Assembly: GCA_001179505.1 (NCBI GenBank)
Contig: CDMY01000013.1
Coordinates: forward strand, 124,001 to 188,000
Direction of reading: 5' to 3'
Length of the DNA stretch: 64,000 nucleotides
Source of the DNA: Vitrella brassicaformis CCMP3155
Lineage: Eukaryota; Protista; Chromerida
In this document: positions 34,560 to 47,922 of the stretch, in pieces
How the letters are laid out: every line of letters begins with the position of its first letter
How positions within the stretch are numbered: position 1 is the stretch's first letter
The notes under the pieces: model-generated
Told to the model about the DNA's origin: nothing
Databases searched by the model: none
Seen by the model: only the letters and a program-made list of their open reading frames with translations
Program-made: the position numbers and the translations under genes

Positions 34560-37500
34560 TCAGATAGGCATGTCTGTCTGTTGTGGTGTGTATGTGGGTG
34601 ACGGCTCTGGCTCCTGCGGGGTGGGTGGTGTGTACGTCCAGTGGAAGTTGGACACGCGCCGGATGTCCGGCACAGACAAGGCACGGTGCCACTGAGAGAG
34701 AGGACCAACACACACACACACACACACAAAAGGCACAAACAGGGCGAATGCACACGTGCAGTGCAACAGACAGACAGACTGGATGGATGCGTGTCGATGA
34801 CTCACAATGCGGAACGAAGCGATCGGCGCACAGAGTGCCTGGCCCCCCTTGATGTAGTTGCCTGCAGGACAGGAAACGACACATACACAACATACATAAA
34901 CCACAAAAGACGTATCATCACATCACATGCATGACACATGTCCGCCCCCCTCTCTCTCGGCCCTGTCCTGCCCGTGAGGATGCGTACCGATGGTGAAGGC
35001 ATATGTCTTGGACTGCACACAGGTGCTGCCGACCAGTTGCCCGTCGACGTAGTAGCGCTGTCGGCCGCCCTCCCCCACCACCACCAACCTGCACACACAG
35101 CACACCACAGCACACATCAACCAGTGCAACATCTGTCTGTGTTGTGTGGCCGTGTGGGCGGCGTACGCGTGCCATCCCTGGAAGTCGTTGAACATGTCTG
35201 CGTTGCCGGACATCTTGAAGAAGAACTCGAGCGGCGGCTGCCTGCCCTTCTTGGGCGGACCGTAGGCATTCTCGCTGCCGTCCAGCAACTGATGCAATGC
35301 ACAGAGGAAAGGACGGTCTCTCTTCCTTTCCAGTCGGTCCCTCTCTCTCCCAGCTGACTGACCTTCTGACACGCCCTACAGTGGGAACGGGCGGAGCACT
35401 GCCGGGCGTGCTGCTCGGCCGCTTGTTTGTTGCTGACACACACACACACACACACATATATATACCCAGGTCACAACACGCCTCAGGCTCCCTGGCTCAC
35501 TTGAGGTAGCAGCCCAGCGTGAATGAGCCAGGGCGGCGCTTGAACAATATCTGACACACGCCACAGTCCACACACAGGGGCTGCATTGCTGTGGTGTTGG
35601 TGACACCCATGTACCTACCTGATGGTCTCCATTGATGTTGGCTCCGTTCGGTAGTGGGTCGCAGCCGCGCACCAGCGTGCGCCAGGGTGGAGTCGTCCTG
35701 CGAGACTCGGCCTGCATCCATCCATCCATCCATCGATCCATCCCTTCTCTCCCTATGTTTGTGTATGTGTGTGTGAGGGAGGGAGAGCTGACCGGGGGGT
35801 CGCCGAGCGGCGGCTTGATGAACACTGCGATAGTCCACGCCTCGCCTGAACACACACCGCCCAGAAGGAGGGATGGACAAACGCAAGATGTAGATGTATG
35901 TGCGTGTCGGGTGGGTGCCTACTTACCCAGAGGGACAGGCGGATCGAGAGCAACGATATCATGTGCGTGTGACTGCAACACGGCCGTGGCGTGTCGCACC
36001 AACGGGGGCCCATTCACCGGGGCCGTGGGACCTACACACACCCGATTGATCAACATACACGTGCATGCGCCTCAGTCAGTGTGGATGCTGTGCTGTACTG
36101 TGCTGGCTGATTATATGTGTGTCTGCATCTCTCCTCTCCACTGAGTTACCGATGACGATGCGCGTCTGTCCGAGGCAGAGGACCTTCTTCTTTATGTCAG
36201 GGGGCATGGCGGGGCACCCATCGAAGCGATACAACCACGTGTGGGGGTCCGATGACTCTGCAGCAGCACGACTATCCACCTAGGGAGTACAGACACACAT
36301 GACATGACATGACATGGCGGGGGGGGGGGGGGGGGGGNNNNNNNNNNNNNNNNNNNNNNNNNNNNNNNNNNNNNNNNNNNNNNNNNNNNNNNNNNNNNNN
36401 NNNNNNNNNNNNNNNNNNNNNNNNNNNNNNNNNNNNNNNNNNNNNNNNNNNNNNNNNNNNNNNNNNNNNNNNNNNNNNNNNNNNNNNNNNNNNNNNNNNN
36501 NNNNNNNNNNNNNNNNNNNNNNNNNNNNNNNNNNNNNNNNNNNNNNNNNNNNNNNNNNNNNNNNNNNNNNNNNNNNNNNNNNNNNNNNNNNNNNNNNNNN
36601 NNNNNNNNNNNNNNNNNNNNNNNNNNNNNNNNNNNNNGGACGACGGATGGACAGAAATCGCCTTGCCTTTGCTTGGGCCTCACCCTGAGTTCGCAGCAGG
36701 GAGTGAGGTCATTGTCTGGTCGGCAGCAGGCGGTGCCGAAGCACGAGTGCACACGAGGGTCCGGCTGCTTGCCTGCACACGCGGGGGTGCCTGGGAAAAG
36801 AGAACATACGGTGAGTGCATTCCTCGAACGTCTCTCTCCCGGTCCGTCCGTGTGTAGTGAGTGCATGTCTGTGTGTGCGCATACCTGTGAGCGGCTCGGC
36901 GGCTTTTTCGCCCCGCTGCATGCCATTGATGTCTTCATTGATCGTCGCCACCTGTGCTTGAGGGTCCTGCAGACAGACACACGACGGACGGACACAACAT
37001 ACATACCGCAAGCCACACATACAGCGACCACCACACACGCACCCGTCCCTCCCTCCCCCCTCCCTGCCCCTCTGCCCTGCCCTGCCCACCTGGTGGGGCC
37101 ACAAATCGGTCTCTCGGATGGACCACTGACGCGTCCGCCCTCGGGTGCTGCCATCGTCATGGGCACTCTGACCGCCAGCTGCTGCTGCTGCTGCCGGAGC
37201 AGGGCCCGACGGAGGAACGTAGTCCGAAGCAGCACAACGCGACTCGTACTCGGCAGCCTGACATAGTGCCAGGCAGGGAGAAGACAGAGGCGCGTGAAGG
37301 CTTGCCTGTCTTGTCTGTCCGTCCGTCCGTCACGTGGCTGAGTCCTAGCTGCCTGTCCTGACCTCTGTGTTGTGCTGAGTGTGCTCCGTGTGGGTGTTGG
37401 TGTTGGTGTGTCGCTGCTCGTCTTGGTAGAGGGGGAACTCGTTGGGCGTGTCGTCGAGCATGTCCAGGCCGACACGTACAGGCGGGCCATCCAACGACGT

Positions 37501-39732
37501 CGGCCACCCACCATTGATGGCCTGTTTGTTGTGCACAAGGGCAAAAGGGAAACAAACAAGTCCTGGATGGATGGTGGAAGGATTGGTGCTGATCTCTTCA
37601 CTCACCTCCTCAGTGTGGGCGGACGGGACGGGGCTGCCGGGGGCACGGCGACTCAACAACACACTCGGCTCTGGACACACACACACAACACATGACAGAC
37701 AGACAGACAGACAGAACACACAAGAGGGAACACATGATGGTTGCTGCTTCTCGTCCAGTTTTGCCATGTGTGGCGTGTTTGTGCGTGTTTGTGTGTGTTG
37801 GTGAGGATGCAAAGACGTACGTACCTGCAGACGGCTCCTGCACGATAGATGGGGGCGACATCTCAACTGCCCCGCCCCCACCATACCCGCCGCCAACAAA
37901 CACACCGCCACCTCCATGTCCATGTCCGCCATACCCGATGCCCTCTTCCCCTGCCCCCTCCTCTCGCTCAGCCACAGACCCCATCTGACGCACCCATCCG
38001 CTCGGCCGCCCCCCGCCCAACCGATGCGACACCTCAGAGCGGCGGTCGTCGAACCGAGATGAAATGACCGTCCCCGCGCCGTCGTCATCCTCATCCTCAT
38101 CCCCGTGGCCCAAGTGGCGATGGGCAACGCGTCGGTGGCGGTTTACCTCATCCTCGGGGCGCCGGTCCGCCAACTCCTCCATGCGATGGCCGCCACTAAT
38201 GCGACGACTGCCCAAGGGCGCCCCGCGGGACTCCGACAGACGCTCACGACGACGGTCACGGTCACCTCCTCGCTCCAGTCGCGGCTGACGGTCATGGGTG
38301 TCGTGCTGCTGGTGGTGGTCGGGGAAGTGGTAGTCGTGCACCATGTGGGTGCGGGAACGAGTGCTCTCGTTGTCGTTCCAGTCGGCGAACTGGTTCTCGT
38401 CCATGGGGGTGCGGTTGCGGTGCAGCGAGCGTGGATGCTCATCGTCGGGCGGCTCGCGCACACGGGTGTGAGTGGGGTTGCGGCTGCGGAAGGCCGGGTC
38501 ATGTGTGGGTGTGGTGCGTCGGGGTGGGTGGGGTGGGGGTGGGGAGCGGGCAGCGGATGACAAGCTCTGACGGCTGGTGCGGTACTGAGACTTGAATCGG
38601 CGTATCTCGGTTTCGACCACTCTGATTGTGTGCCACAGACGTGTCCAATGTCTGGGCATATTTGTGTATGTGTGTGTGTGTGGCATCTGTGGCTGGCTTA
38701 CGTGAGTATGTCTGTGTAGTACTGGAAGTCGGCGTCGCGCACCGCACGGCCGTAGTTGCCTGTGGAGCAACGCAAGAGAGAGAATGAAGTATCTCCAACA
38801 CTGTGGCGCCATCCATCTCCCCTCCCGTCGTCACTTACGCAGCAGTGTATCGATTTCGCTGACGTATGTGGTAGCGGGTGTGTAGTCGGCCTGCACGCAC
38901 AACACACACACATGGAGTCGAGATGTGCTGTGAAGCGTGCGTGTGTCGGCCCCCGTGTGTGTGTGTGTCCTGACATTGGCGACCGCAATTGGGTCCTCCA
39001 TCCGCCAGCAGTCATACAACTTCAAAACCAGCCTGATTTACACACAACACAAACCACACACGACACACTTCACAACAAGGACATACCCAACCCGGCATGA
39101 CATGACCCCCACTCCCCTCCCACCACTTGAGACGCCGTGTGACTCTCGTCGACTCCGCATAGTTGTCACTGTCGTAGCGCTCCAGCTTCTGCTCGCCCTC
39201 GGCGCTCAAAGCCACTACCACCAACACACACATCCACACCACACCACACCACATCCACACCACACTCCCCTGCACACCTACACACCTCCCCCAGCCCACC
39301 CAGCCCCTTGCTGACGTTGTAGGTTATCGAGTATGGCCATGTGCCGTTCCCCTGCAGGCGCATCGTGGCAGTACCGCACGCGTGTGTGTGTGCCCCGAAC
39401 GGTCCTGTAGCGGTCATGGCGGTCCCGCATCCCTCCTCTGTCGTCCTCCCGCCCGCCACCCCGGTGGCCACTTGAAACCATGGTCTGTGTGTGAAACACA
39501 CCACACCCGGAGGGGTGCGCTCTTGCGAAGGAGCCTGGCTGCCTGAGCGCATGTGTACCTCTCGTGAGTAGCCGTATGGACCGTGCTCGTCCCGATGCCG
39601 GCTGCCCATGCCAGATCTGCCGCGGCGCCCTGCTGACCCACTCAGGCCGTCGCTAGGGCTCAGGTCGTCATGTCTGCGCCGGTGGCCGCCGCCGCCGCTG
39701 GGCTCATAGAGGTAGCTGCCGTCGTGCAGCAT
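34560..39732 (-). CDS. Hypothetical protein: disordered R/D/H/G-rich N-half with a short helical block, C-terminal ConA-like/LamG (Laminin_G_3-type) domain; ~20 exons, one gap
   Basis: Start MLHDGSYLYEPSGGG. C-terminal exons: EAWTIAVFIKPP, PPWRTLVRGCDP...GDHQ-ILFKRRPGSFTLGCYL, FNDFQGWH, VVVGEGGRQRYYVDGQLVG...FTIG-NYIKGGQALCAPIASFRIV...RALSVPDI. This follows the LamG pattern (WHH..V...LYVDG...IG...F.G.I.E.RI..RAL). Confidence 0.65.
36338..36637. other. Assembly gap (300 N) preceded by poly-G
   Basis: About 19 G, then an N run. Confidence 0.99.
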
Positions 39733-40003
39733 CACTCAGTTACTAGCCAAGGAACGAGAAGAGTTGCGGCCAAAAGTGAGCTCTCTCCTTCCGAAGGAAG
39801 CGTGCATTCAGCTCTTTTCCACAGGTCGCCTGACGTCGCCCTTCGCGCGAATTGTTTTACGGGAATTCGTGACAAACAATTTTGCGAGCTAAATTGGTTC
39901 CGACGTGTCTGTGCAGGAGAGAGCCTAAACGAATGGTGGACTTCAGCTTTATGACGGTGTGTCAGTCCTAGCTCGGCTCCCTTCAAGCGTGAAGCAACCA
40001 ACG
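39733..40003. promoter_or_regulatory. Putative bidirectional promoter between the LamG-domain gene and TMEM131
   Basis: 271 nt between divergent ATGs; relatively AT-rich, lacks intron-type repeats, contains an imperfect palindrome at 39843-39887. Confidence 0.45.
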
Positions 40004-43000
40004 ATGAGGAGCCACACACTCGCCGTCGCTGTGGGAGTGCCTCGTTCTCTGTTGCTTGTCTGTGTCCTGCTGTGCCTGGCCAAAGGTACCGAAAGACGCC
40101 CAGATGCAAGCACTGTGCAAGCCACACGTGTGTTTTCCTATCACCCTCTGCTTGCCTGCTTCACTGCCTGCAGGCGCCCTCTGTGCCGATGCTGCCAACC
40201 CTGACCATGTGAGCGCCACGACACACCCACACGCCACAAAGATCAGGCTCGGAAACGAGTGTCTGTGTTCGAGACTTGGACTGACGGTGACACACACCTC
40301 TCTCTTTGCCCTTCTCTGTCTGTCTGTGCGAATCAATCAGGGTATTCCTCGTTGTGTGCATGGTGTTGTGAGTGGCGTGTGTCTTGACAACGACGAGCGG
40401 ACGTATGGTGAGGTCTATGAGGCGTCCGAGGGCGACCCCTCCGATGTGGTCTTTGCCGCCACATCCGTCACTACCGACGACCGCTACCTCAGTCCCGCCA
40501 GCGTGGCTTTCGACCCTCCTACTCTCGTCCTCATGGAGAGGTCAGTCAGTGAGTGAAGGAAGGGCACACCGAGAGCGCGACTGCAAACGCAAAACGGGAT
40601 TCTGTGTGTGTTCGTGTGTGACAGGCCGATTTGTATCCCGGTGTGGGAGACTGTTCGCTTGACCAATCGGCTCGAGGAGGACCTACACATATTCTCTGTA
40701 GAGGTGCGCAACCCACACACACACACAGAGGACATCACCTAGACAGACCCACGAGGTAAAACTCTCCCTTCCTTGCTCGTTGTCTGTCTCAGGCCGACGA
40801 TCCGGCGGTTCATCCGTCTGTGATGAAGCTGGAGGTGTTGGGGCCTGGCGACAGCACCACTGTGCAGGTGCTGGTGGTGCCGCTGCAAGTGGGGAGGATC
40901 GACGCCACACTCACTTTCAGGACAAACGCGGGACCGCTCGTCTACCATCTGACTGCAGAGGTGACTTACACGGGGAGGGAGGGAGGGAGGGAGGGAGGCG
41001 GGTGTGTGGTTTGACGTCGGTGTGAGTGTGTCCCACCCACCACCACCATGTGTGTGTTCCCCTCTCTCTGCCTGGCCTGCAGGCGATAGAGAATGCGTAT
41101 TGGGTTGAGCCGATTGTGGCTGAGAGGGTGCCTGTCGGGGTGGCGTTCAGGCCGAGAGTCCAGATATACAACCCTTATGATGAAGTAAGGCGAGTCGCCT
41201 CAGCCAACACACACACAAGCCTTGATTCATGGCAACCTTGTGCTTATGTTATGCTCTGTTGTGTGTCCCCTCCATCCATCCTTGAATATGTCAGCCCATG
41301 CGAGTGCAGGAGATTTTCACGACAGAGGGCTTTCTCCAGCTGGTCTTGCCCGAGCAGGTTGTGGGCTCACTGGGTCTCTCATCGCGGCAGCTGGACTCCC
41401 TCAACATGCTGAGCGAGCCGCCGCCGCCATCCAACGGCCACAAACCGCCATCGCACCCGCTCACGCCGCCCACACAAACGCTCGAGAGCATCGGCAACCC
41501 GGCATACCCCACGGGGTTCGCCTCTCTTGAGAACTCCTTGGCGTCTCTCGCGTCCTTCTCGCCCTTTGTGGACGGCAGCAGCGACCCGCGTTCGTCGCCC
41601 GCCATTGCTGCCCACCCGATTGGTGACGGGTCGCAGCAAATCGGGGACAGCGAGCCACTCGAGACATTAGAAGAGGCCAGGGCAAGGACAGAGGGCCAGC
41701 AAAGGCATGAAGGCAGGAGACGGGCAGATGAGGAGAGTGGTGTGGGTAAGGGAGAGGGGGAGAGGGAGAGGGAGGGGGAGAGGGAGGGGGGCGGGTTGGG
41801 GGAGTCAACAGCAGCAGCAGAGGGCAGCAGCGGCAATGGCAGTGGTGCCAACGTGGTGTACCAGTCGCTCCGTGTGAGTGACCGGGGAGGGGGGGACGTC
41901 AACGGGGAGTGGGGCAGGCTGGCCGAGAAGAGCTGGACCATTCCCGGGCACGGCAATCGCACCGTCATCCAGCTCAACTTTGTCGGACAAAAGGCCGGAC
42001 ATTACAAAGGTGCCTTAGGCAAGGCAACACACCAGCCGCAACACACTCAGCACATCTATTGTCCGTCTGTCTCTCTGTCTGTCTGCACAGGTTTTGTGCA
42101 TGTCAAGACGGATCGCGAGACGATGCTGGTGCCGGTGAGCATCGAGTGCGTGCAGGAGGAGGGCGGGGGGCTGCAGATTTCCCCCGAAGAGCTCGACTTC
42201 CAGACGCTCGTCTCAAGGCAACAGGCCAGGGTCATGTCGCTCTTCGTTGCCAACGCTTCGCCATACCGTGAGCAACGAAGCCCCATATATATGCACCCCT
42301 GTGTGTGGACGTATGTTATGTGGGGTGTGTGTTCGGCAGCTGTGTCGTTGACCAAGCTGACTCAGCCAGCCTACCAGAACGATTCGCGGCTGATTTTTCA
42401 CTTTGATCAGAATGTGATGGTGCCGCCGGGACAGACAATAAGGTATGGTATGCCACACGCACACAAGCCAACGACACGACGCCCCGCCCCGCACACACAC
42501 TCCACGCTGTGCTTGTGTGCGCGTGTCATGTGTGCAGGTACGCGAAGGTGACGTACATGGCGAGCGAGGAGGGTGACTTCAGCGGCACTGTGCTGCTGCA
42601 CACCAACGCCACATCGGCCGTCTTCGCAGCCAAGAACGCCACTACCCCCACAGTCGCAGTGGCCTCAGCAGGAGGAGGCAGCAAAGGCGGCAAGAAGACC
42701 ACCAAGAGCTCAGGCATATTCGAGATACCATACAGGGTCAGAAATAAGAAAGGCATAGAGGAGACATGTGTTGTGTGGATGAGTGGGATGGGGATTGGGT
42801 TGTGTTGGCTGCACTGCAGGCGCGTGTGGTGTTTGGCTCCCTGGGTTTCTACAACGAGCAGACCAAGTTCACCTGTCCGGCGCACTGGCTGCCGCCGCAC
42901 TGCAACGTGACGCGCCAGATCTCCATCAGCAACTTCTTCCACCTGCCCGTCAAGATCCTGGGGGCGCGCATCACCGACCCCTCCTTCGAGATATTCGACT

Positions 43001-46000
43001 TCAAGAAGGACACCACGCTCATCTCTCGGGAGTCCTTCGAGATTCTGCAGCTGCGGTTTAGGCCACAGACGCGGCGGCAGCTGTATAAGACCGACCTCGA
43101 GCTCATCACCAATATCACCAACGTCAAAATACCCATCAAGGTGGGTGTGATGTGATGCGGACACATGGACACAGATGCGATGCGTGGATGGGATGGATAC
43201 GCCGTTTGCCATGCTGTCTTGCTGTATGTGGTGTGTTGATTGATGTGGTGTAGGTCTACCACGGTTTGTTGTATTGCCAGACGGCCGACGAGGCGATGCA
43301 GGAGTGCTGCTTCAACGACAGGAGCAGGCACATTGACCTGGGCACCATCGGGGCCGGCGAGCGCACCAAACAGACCTTCAACCTGTCCAACCCCAACCCC
43401 AGCAACGTCACCATCGAACGAATCACATCAGAAGACCCTTCAGTGTCACTCACCTTCGAGGTCAGTCAGCAGTGAGGGAGAAAAGAAAGGAGCCTCCAAA
43501 TAGATAGAAACCCATACAGACCCGTTCGCCACATGTCTTAATGTTGTTCAGGGGCTGCTGGGCAACGGCTGGTCTCCGTTGCGTGCGGTGTTCGGTCAGC
43601 CGCTGTCAGAGCTTCTGCCGCTGACTCTAGGCCCCGGCACTCGCATGCTCATCAACGTTCACGCACAGGCGCCATACGGCATATCGCACCCACCGAGAGA
43701 CTTTGCTGTCAACCTCACCACCGACGCCGCAGAAATCATCACGGTAAGGCCGGCTGGGCCTTGTAGGGACGCGTGTGTCTCTCTGTTGGTGTGTGGTGTC
43801 TGCAGCTGAATGTGCGCTATGAGAGCGTGTCTGGTGCTCTGTCTGCGATGCCGTCGCTGCTGAGGTTCGAGGCATCGTTCCCTGGGAGAGTCCAGAGCAA
43901 GGTGAGCAAACAAACTCCCGGACAGCGTAGCGTCAGATTACACTGCACCTCTTCTGTGTGTCGACCGATCGCTGCATCGCATCGCCTCAGGTGTTGGCTG
44001 CCCGGTCGACATTTGAGCGTCCGCTGCAGATCCACGCCATCCGCTCGACGGACCCGCGCATCGTGGTGGAGCCCCTCAATCGCACCGTCACCCTCAAACC
44101 TCTCGCAAAGACAGATCTTGCTAGGGTTTACTTTGACCCCGCACAAGTCAATGCTGAAGGTACGCCCCGCCCCGTCCCGCCCCGCAACATAAACGATGGA
44201 TGGAAAATATCATCAGCTCATGGACGTGGGATGTCGTGTTTGTTGTGTGTGTGACTGCAGCAAACTATTTATTTGATCCCACGTTCAATCTGGATTGGTC
44301 GCAGCCGCTGGACGGCCGAGTCGTGGCGTCGTACAACCAGCGGCAGCGGATGTGGGAAGATCTGGGGGCCGCGGGTGCGACCGACATCAAGGCGCAGCTG
44401 CAGTTCGACGCCACGCCCGCCCTCTCGTCCACGGTGCAGGTGCGTGCCTTCCTCAACAAGCCGTCCATCATCGCATCGCATGCGACGGGCATGACGCGAG
44501 ACTACAAGCTCGAGTTTGGCCTGGGCGACATCGGCGGCAAGGCAACCAGCAAGTTTCTGACGGTGCAGAATCCATCGGATCAGCCGCTTGCTGTGCAGCT
44601 TGTACTGCCGCCAAGATCGCCCTCCCCTGATGTGCCCCTGGACAGGGGAGGCGTCAACACGCTGGCGCAGCAGACGGCATGTGGGCCGTGGAAGCTGCCC
44701 TCTGAGGCGACGAATGTGGTGTTCCTCAAGCCGCAGGAGGAGAGGAGGGTGGGGCCCATCCTGTTCGACCCCCACAACATCAAAACCTACTCGGCCGTGC
44801 TCTACGTCCGCAACAATCTCACAATGGTGTGCCCCGTGACACTCACGGGCACAGGAGGCGCCTCGCGGGTCGTCTTCGAGGGGCCGAATAAGGTCAAGGT
44901 CGATGTGCGGTCGGCGGAGTCGTTCTCGCTCATGAGTTCAAAGCCCATCGCCAAAAAGGCCCAGGTGTTTGTCAACGACCAGAAGCTGCCGGCGGAGGTC
45001 AGCCGGGTGGAGCTGAGGGGCAAGATCAATTGCCGCCCCGTGGGGGCGTCACACGTCCTCTGCGCCCCCCTCACAGCGGCGGAGAAGACGGACCAGAAAA
45101 AAATGGACAGAGAGGCCGGGCAGGACGCCAACGACCTGTTGATCCGTCTCTACACCACCAACCAGGGGACGCTGGACGTGCCACTCGAGTCTGATCTGCC
45201 GCCGGCCGTCATCGCACTCATCCGATCGGTCCCCTTCAACCCTGCCCACGCCCTCACCTGTGGCTGCACCGTCCTTGCCGTGGTTGTGGGCACTCTCCTG
45301 GCAGTCCACCGATACGCCAGGCCGGCAGTAGTGTGGCTCGTCAAGGTCCTGCCGTATGCCAAGACCATCGAGCTCATCCCATTTCCGTGGCTGCGTGCAT
45401 GGTTTGAGGAGGCCCTGCAGCCATACCTGCATCCGCCGCCAAAGGAGAGGCGCGGTGGGGCCGGCCGCAAGAAGAACGGCAAGAAGAGTGAGAAGCTCGT
45501 CGCGTCAGAGGAGGAGTCTCCCGTCGCCCTCCCCGCCGACACTTACAGGAGATGGCTGCCCGCTCGTCTGTGGTCTCGCCTGGTGTGGCGGAGGAGTGGC
45601 GACTCGAGCCCCTCGCGCGTCCCCCCGCCAGCACCACAGCCGACACCACCAGTCGCTGCACCTGCAGTGGCCCAGCCGCAGACGGCCCCAGTCGAGGAGA
45701 CACCAGCACAGGCGATCTCTCAGACGGCGACTGACGACGTGGCCAAGAAGCCCGCTGACACCAAGAAGGACACCAAGGGCCGCAAGCGGCATGCGAACAA
45801 ACAGCAGACGGCGCGCCCGGTCTCTGGGGGTAGCAGCTCTAGCACAAGCGCCACGACCACGCCGACCAGCGTTACCACGACTCCGAGCGGCATGCGCGAC
45901 GAGGAAGAGATCCCCGCGTCGCCCACACCCGATCCAGAGGTGCCCCCGAGGACGGCAGAGGTGGCAACAACCGAGGCCTCAAAGGTGGTCAAGGGCAAGA

Positions 46001-47922
46001 AGGACGAGAGGCACAAGGGCGGCAAAGGCAAGGATGGGACCAACAAGAGACCCGCTGCCACCATGGGCGGCACGCATACCTCCAAGTCGCCCAAGGAGAA
46101 GAAAGGCCGCGAGGAGGACGCGGGTAACGATGCTGACGACGAGGGATGGGCCAAAGTGGAGTCGAATCGCAAGACGACGGGTCGGGCGGCACCACCACCA
46201 ACCCCCACGCCCACCCCGCCCCCCTCTGTACCGACCACCACACAGCTCAAGGCGGCGAAGATCGAGGTGCAAACACGACCGGCGCGGCCCAAGCAAGACG
46301 ATGGCAAGAAGAAACAGCAACCGGTTACCGCAGCTACCGCCCCTCCAGTGACCGTGACTACAGCAGAGCCGCCCCGTCTGCCGCTGCCGTCAACCAACAC
46401 GCCGCCGACCACGGGCATCCGGAAGCCTTCTTATCCCTACTATCCATCCCTGTCACCGCAGACGCGCTCCGTGGCCACGCCCACGTCCACTGGCGGCAAT
46501 GCGACCCCATCACGCACACCCACACACCAGCAGCAGCAGCAGCAGCAGGCAGCCAGGAGGGGCGGAGTGGTGCCACAACAACAGGCCACACCAACACAGA
46601 CGACGCCACCAGAGGAGGAAGCAGCAACACGACACATCAAGATCCTCCAGCGGCCCAAGAACGCCCCTCCGCCCCCCCAGCAGCGGCCAATTCACACCGC
46701 CAACCTGTCACCCGTTTTCCCGGCCATCGTGCCCAGCAGCAGCGGGTCAATCGCAAAGGTTGGCGACACCACCATGCCCGCAATACCGCCGCGACCACAA
46801 GGCCCGCCGGCCCCGCAGCAGCACCCTAAAGCTGCCGGCAAGGTGGCGACTGACAAGGCACCTGCGGCAAGGCGCGTGACGCTCTCCGTGTGGGACACGC
46901 CAGTGGTCCAGCAACGAAAGCAGGAGGAGAGGACGGTGGCCACAAGGCCCGTGCAGCACCTATCGCTGGAGCAGCAGCACCGAGGCATCCTGGACGATCT
47001 CCGCACCGCCACGGAGCAGCAGCACGCCGCTCTCGGCCCCATCGGTCCGTCTGCCAACGTGAAGCGCCCCAGTGTGGGGGTCATCGGGGCGACTCCAGGT
47101 CGAGCTGTCGATGAGCCTGTCCCGCCCTCTGGTGGCGCCCACGTCGACGCTGGCCTTCGTGGCACCTTCCTGCCGCCGGCTTACCCCTCTGGCCCGTCGC
47201 TTTTTTCCGAGGCCAGCCAGGACCTCCTGCCGCAAGTCAAGCCATTTCCAGGGCTGGGACTGGCCACACACACTAACACCAACACCACCAGCTGGGGGGC
47301 GGCCAAGCAGCCAGAGCGGACCACCATGCACCAGACGTATCCGTCGAGATCGCCGTCTACATCTCCGCTACTGGCCAAGATGGGCGGCAACGGGCCCTCG
47401 GCCTCGCCCCAGGGCTCGCCGGAGAGGCGCGCGTCGTCGGTGGCGCCCATCCCGATGTCGCTGCTCGATTTCATGGACAACGACAACGAGACAGAGACCG
47501 GCACAGGATACGGCAGGAAGGACACACTCCTCTCTGATGCATCGTCCGCCAACGGACAGGGGCAGCCGACGGTACCCGGCACCTCCCAGTCGATCGGCTC
47601 TGACGGCAGCAACAACAAGACCGACTCCGAGTCGTGGAACTTCCGCACCCGCCCCTCCGGCCCGTCGCTCTTCTCTGGCTCGCTGTTCATGTCGCTCAAC
47701 TCGGGCCCCAGGCCGCAGCCAGCACCAGTGGACATGGGTGGTGAGGTGCTCGCTGGCGAAGTGTCCCACACGTCGCCCGACACCCGCACACCTTTCGCCG
47801 CCCACTTCCCCTCGGCCATGGCGGCACCCTTCCACCCGCGCCAGCAGCCATTGGCTGAGGACGAGATGCCTGAATGGGCGAGGAGCGATGTGACGCCGCA
47901 GCAGTGGGAGTGGGGGGCATAG
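40004..47922 (+). CDS. TMEM131: TMEM131-like type I membrane protein (signal peptide, PapD/Ig-like repeats, one TM helix, long low-complexity tail)
   Basis: N-terminus MRSHTLAVAVGVPRSLLLVCVLLCLAKG. TMEM131_like block: PICIPVWETVRLTN...LGPGDSTTVQVLVVPLQVGRIDATLTFRTNAG...ERVPVGVAFRPRVQIYNPYDE..VQEIFTTEGFLQLVLP. Later IDLGTIGAGERTKQTFNLSNPNPSNVTI and FLTVQNPSDQPLAVQL...LYVRNNLT. TM ALTCGCTVLAVVVGTLLAV. Terminal exon of about 3.66 kb ends at 47922. Confidence 0.85.
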
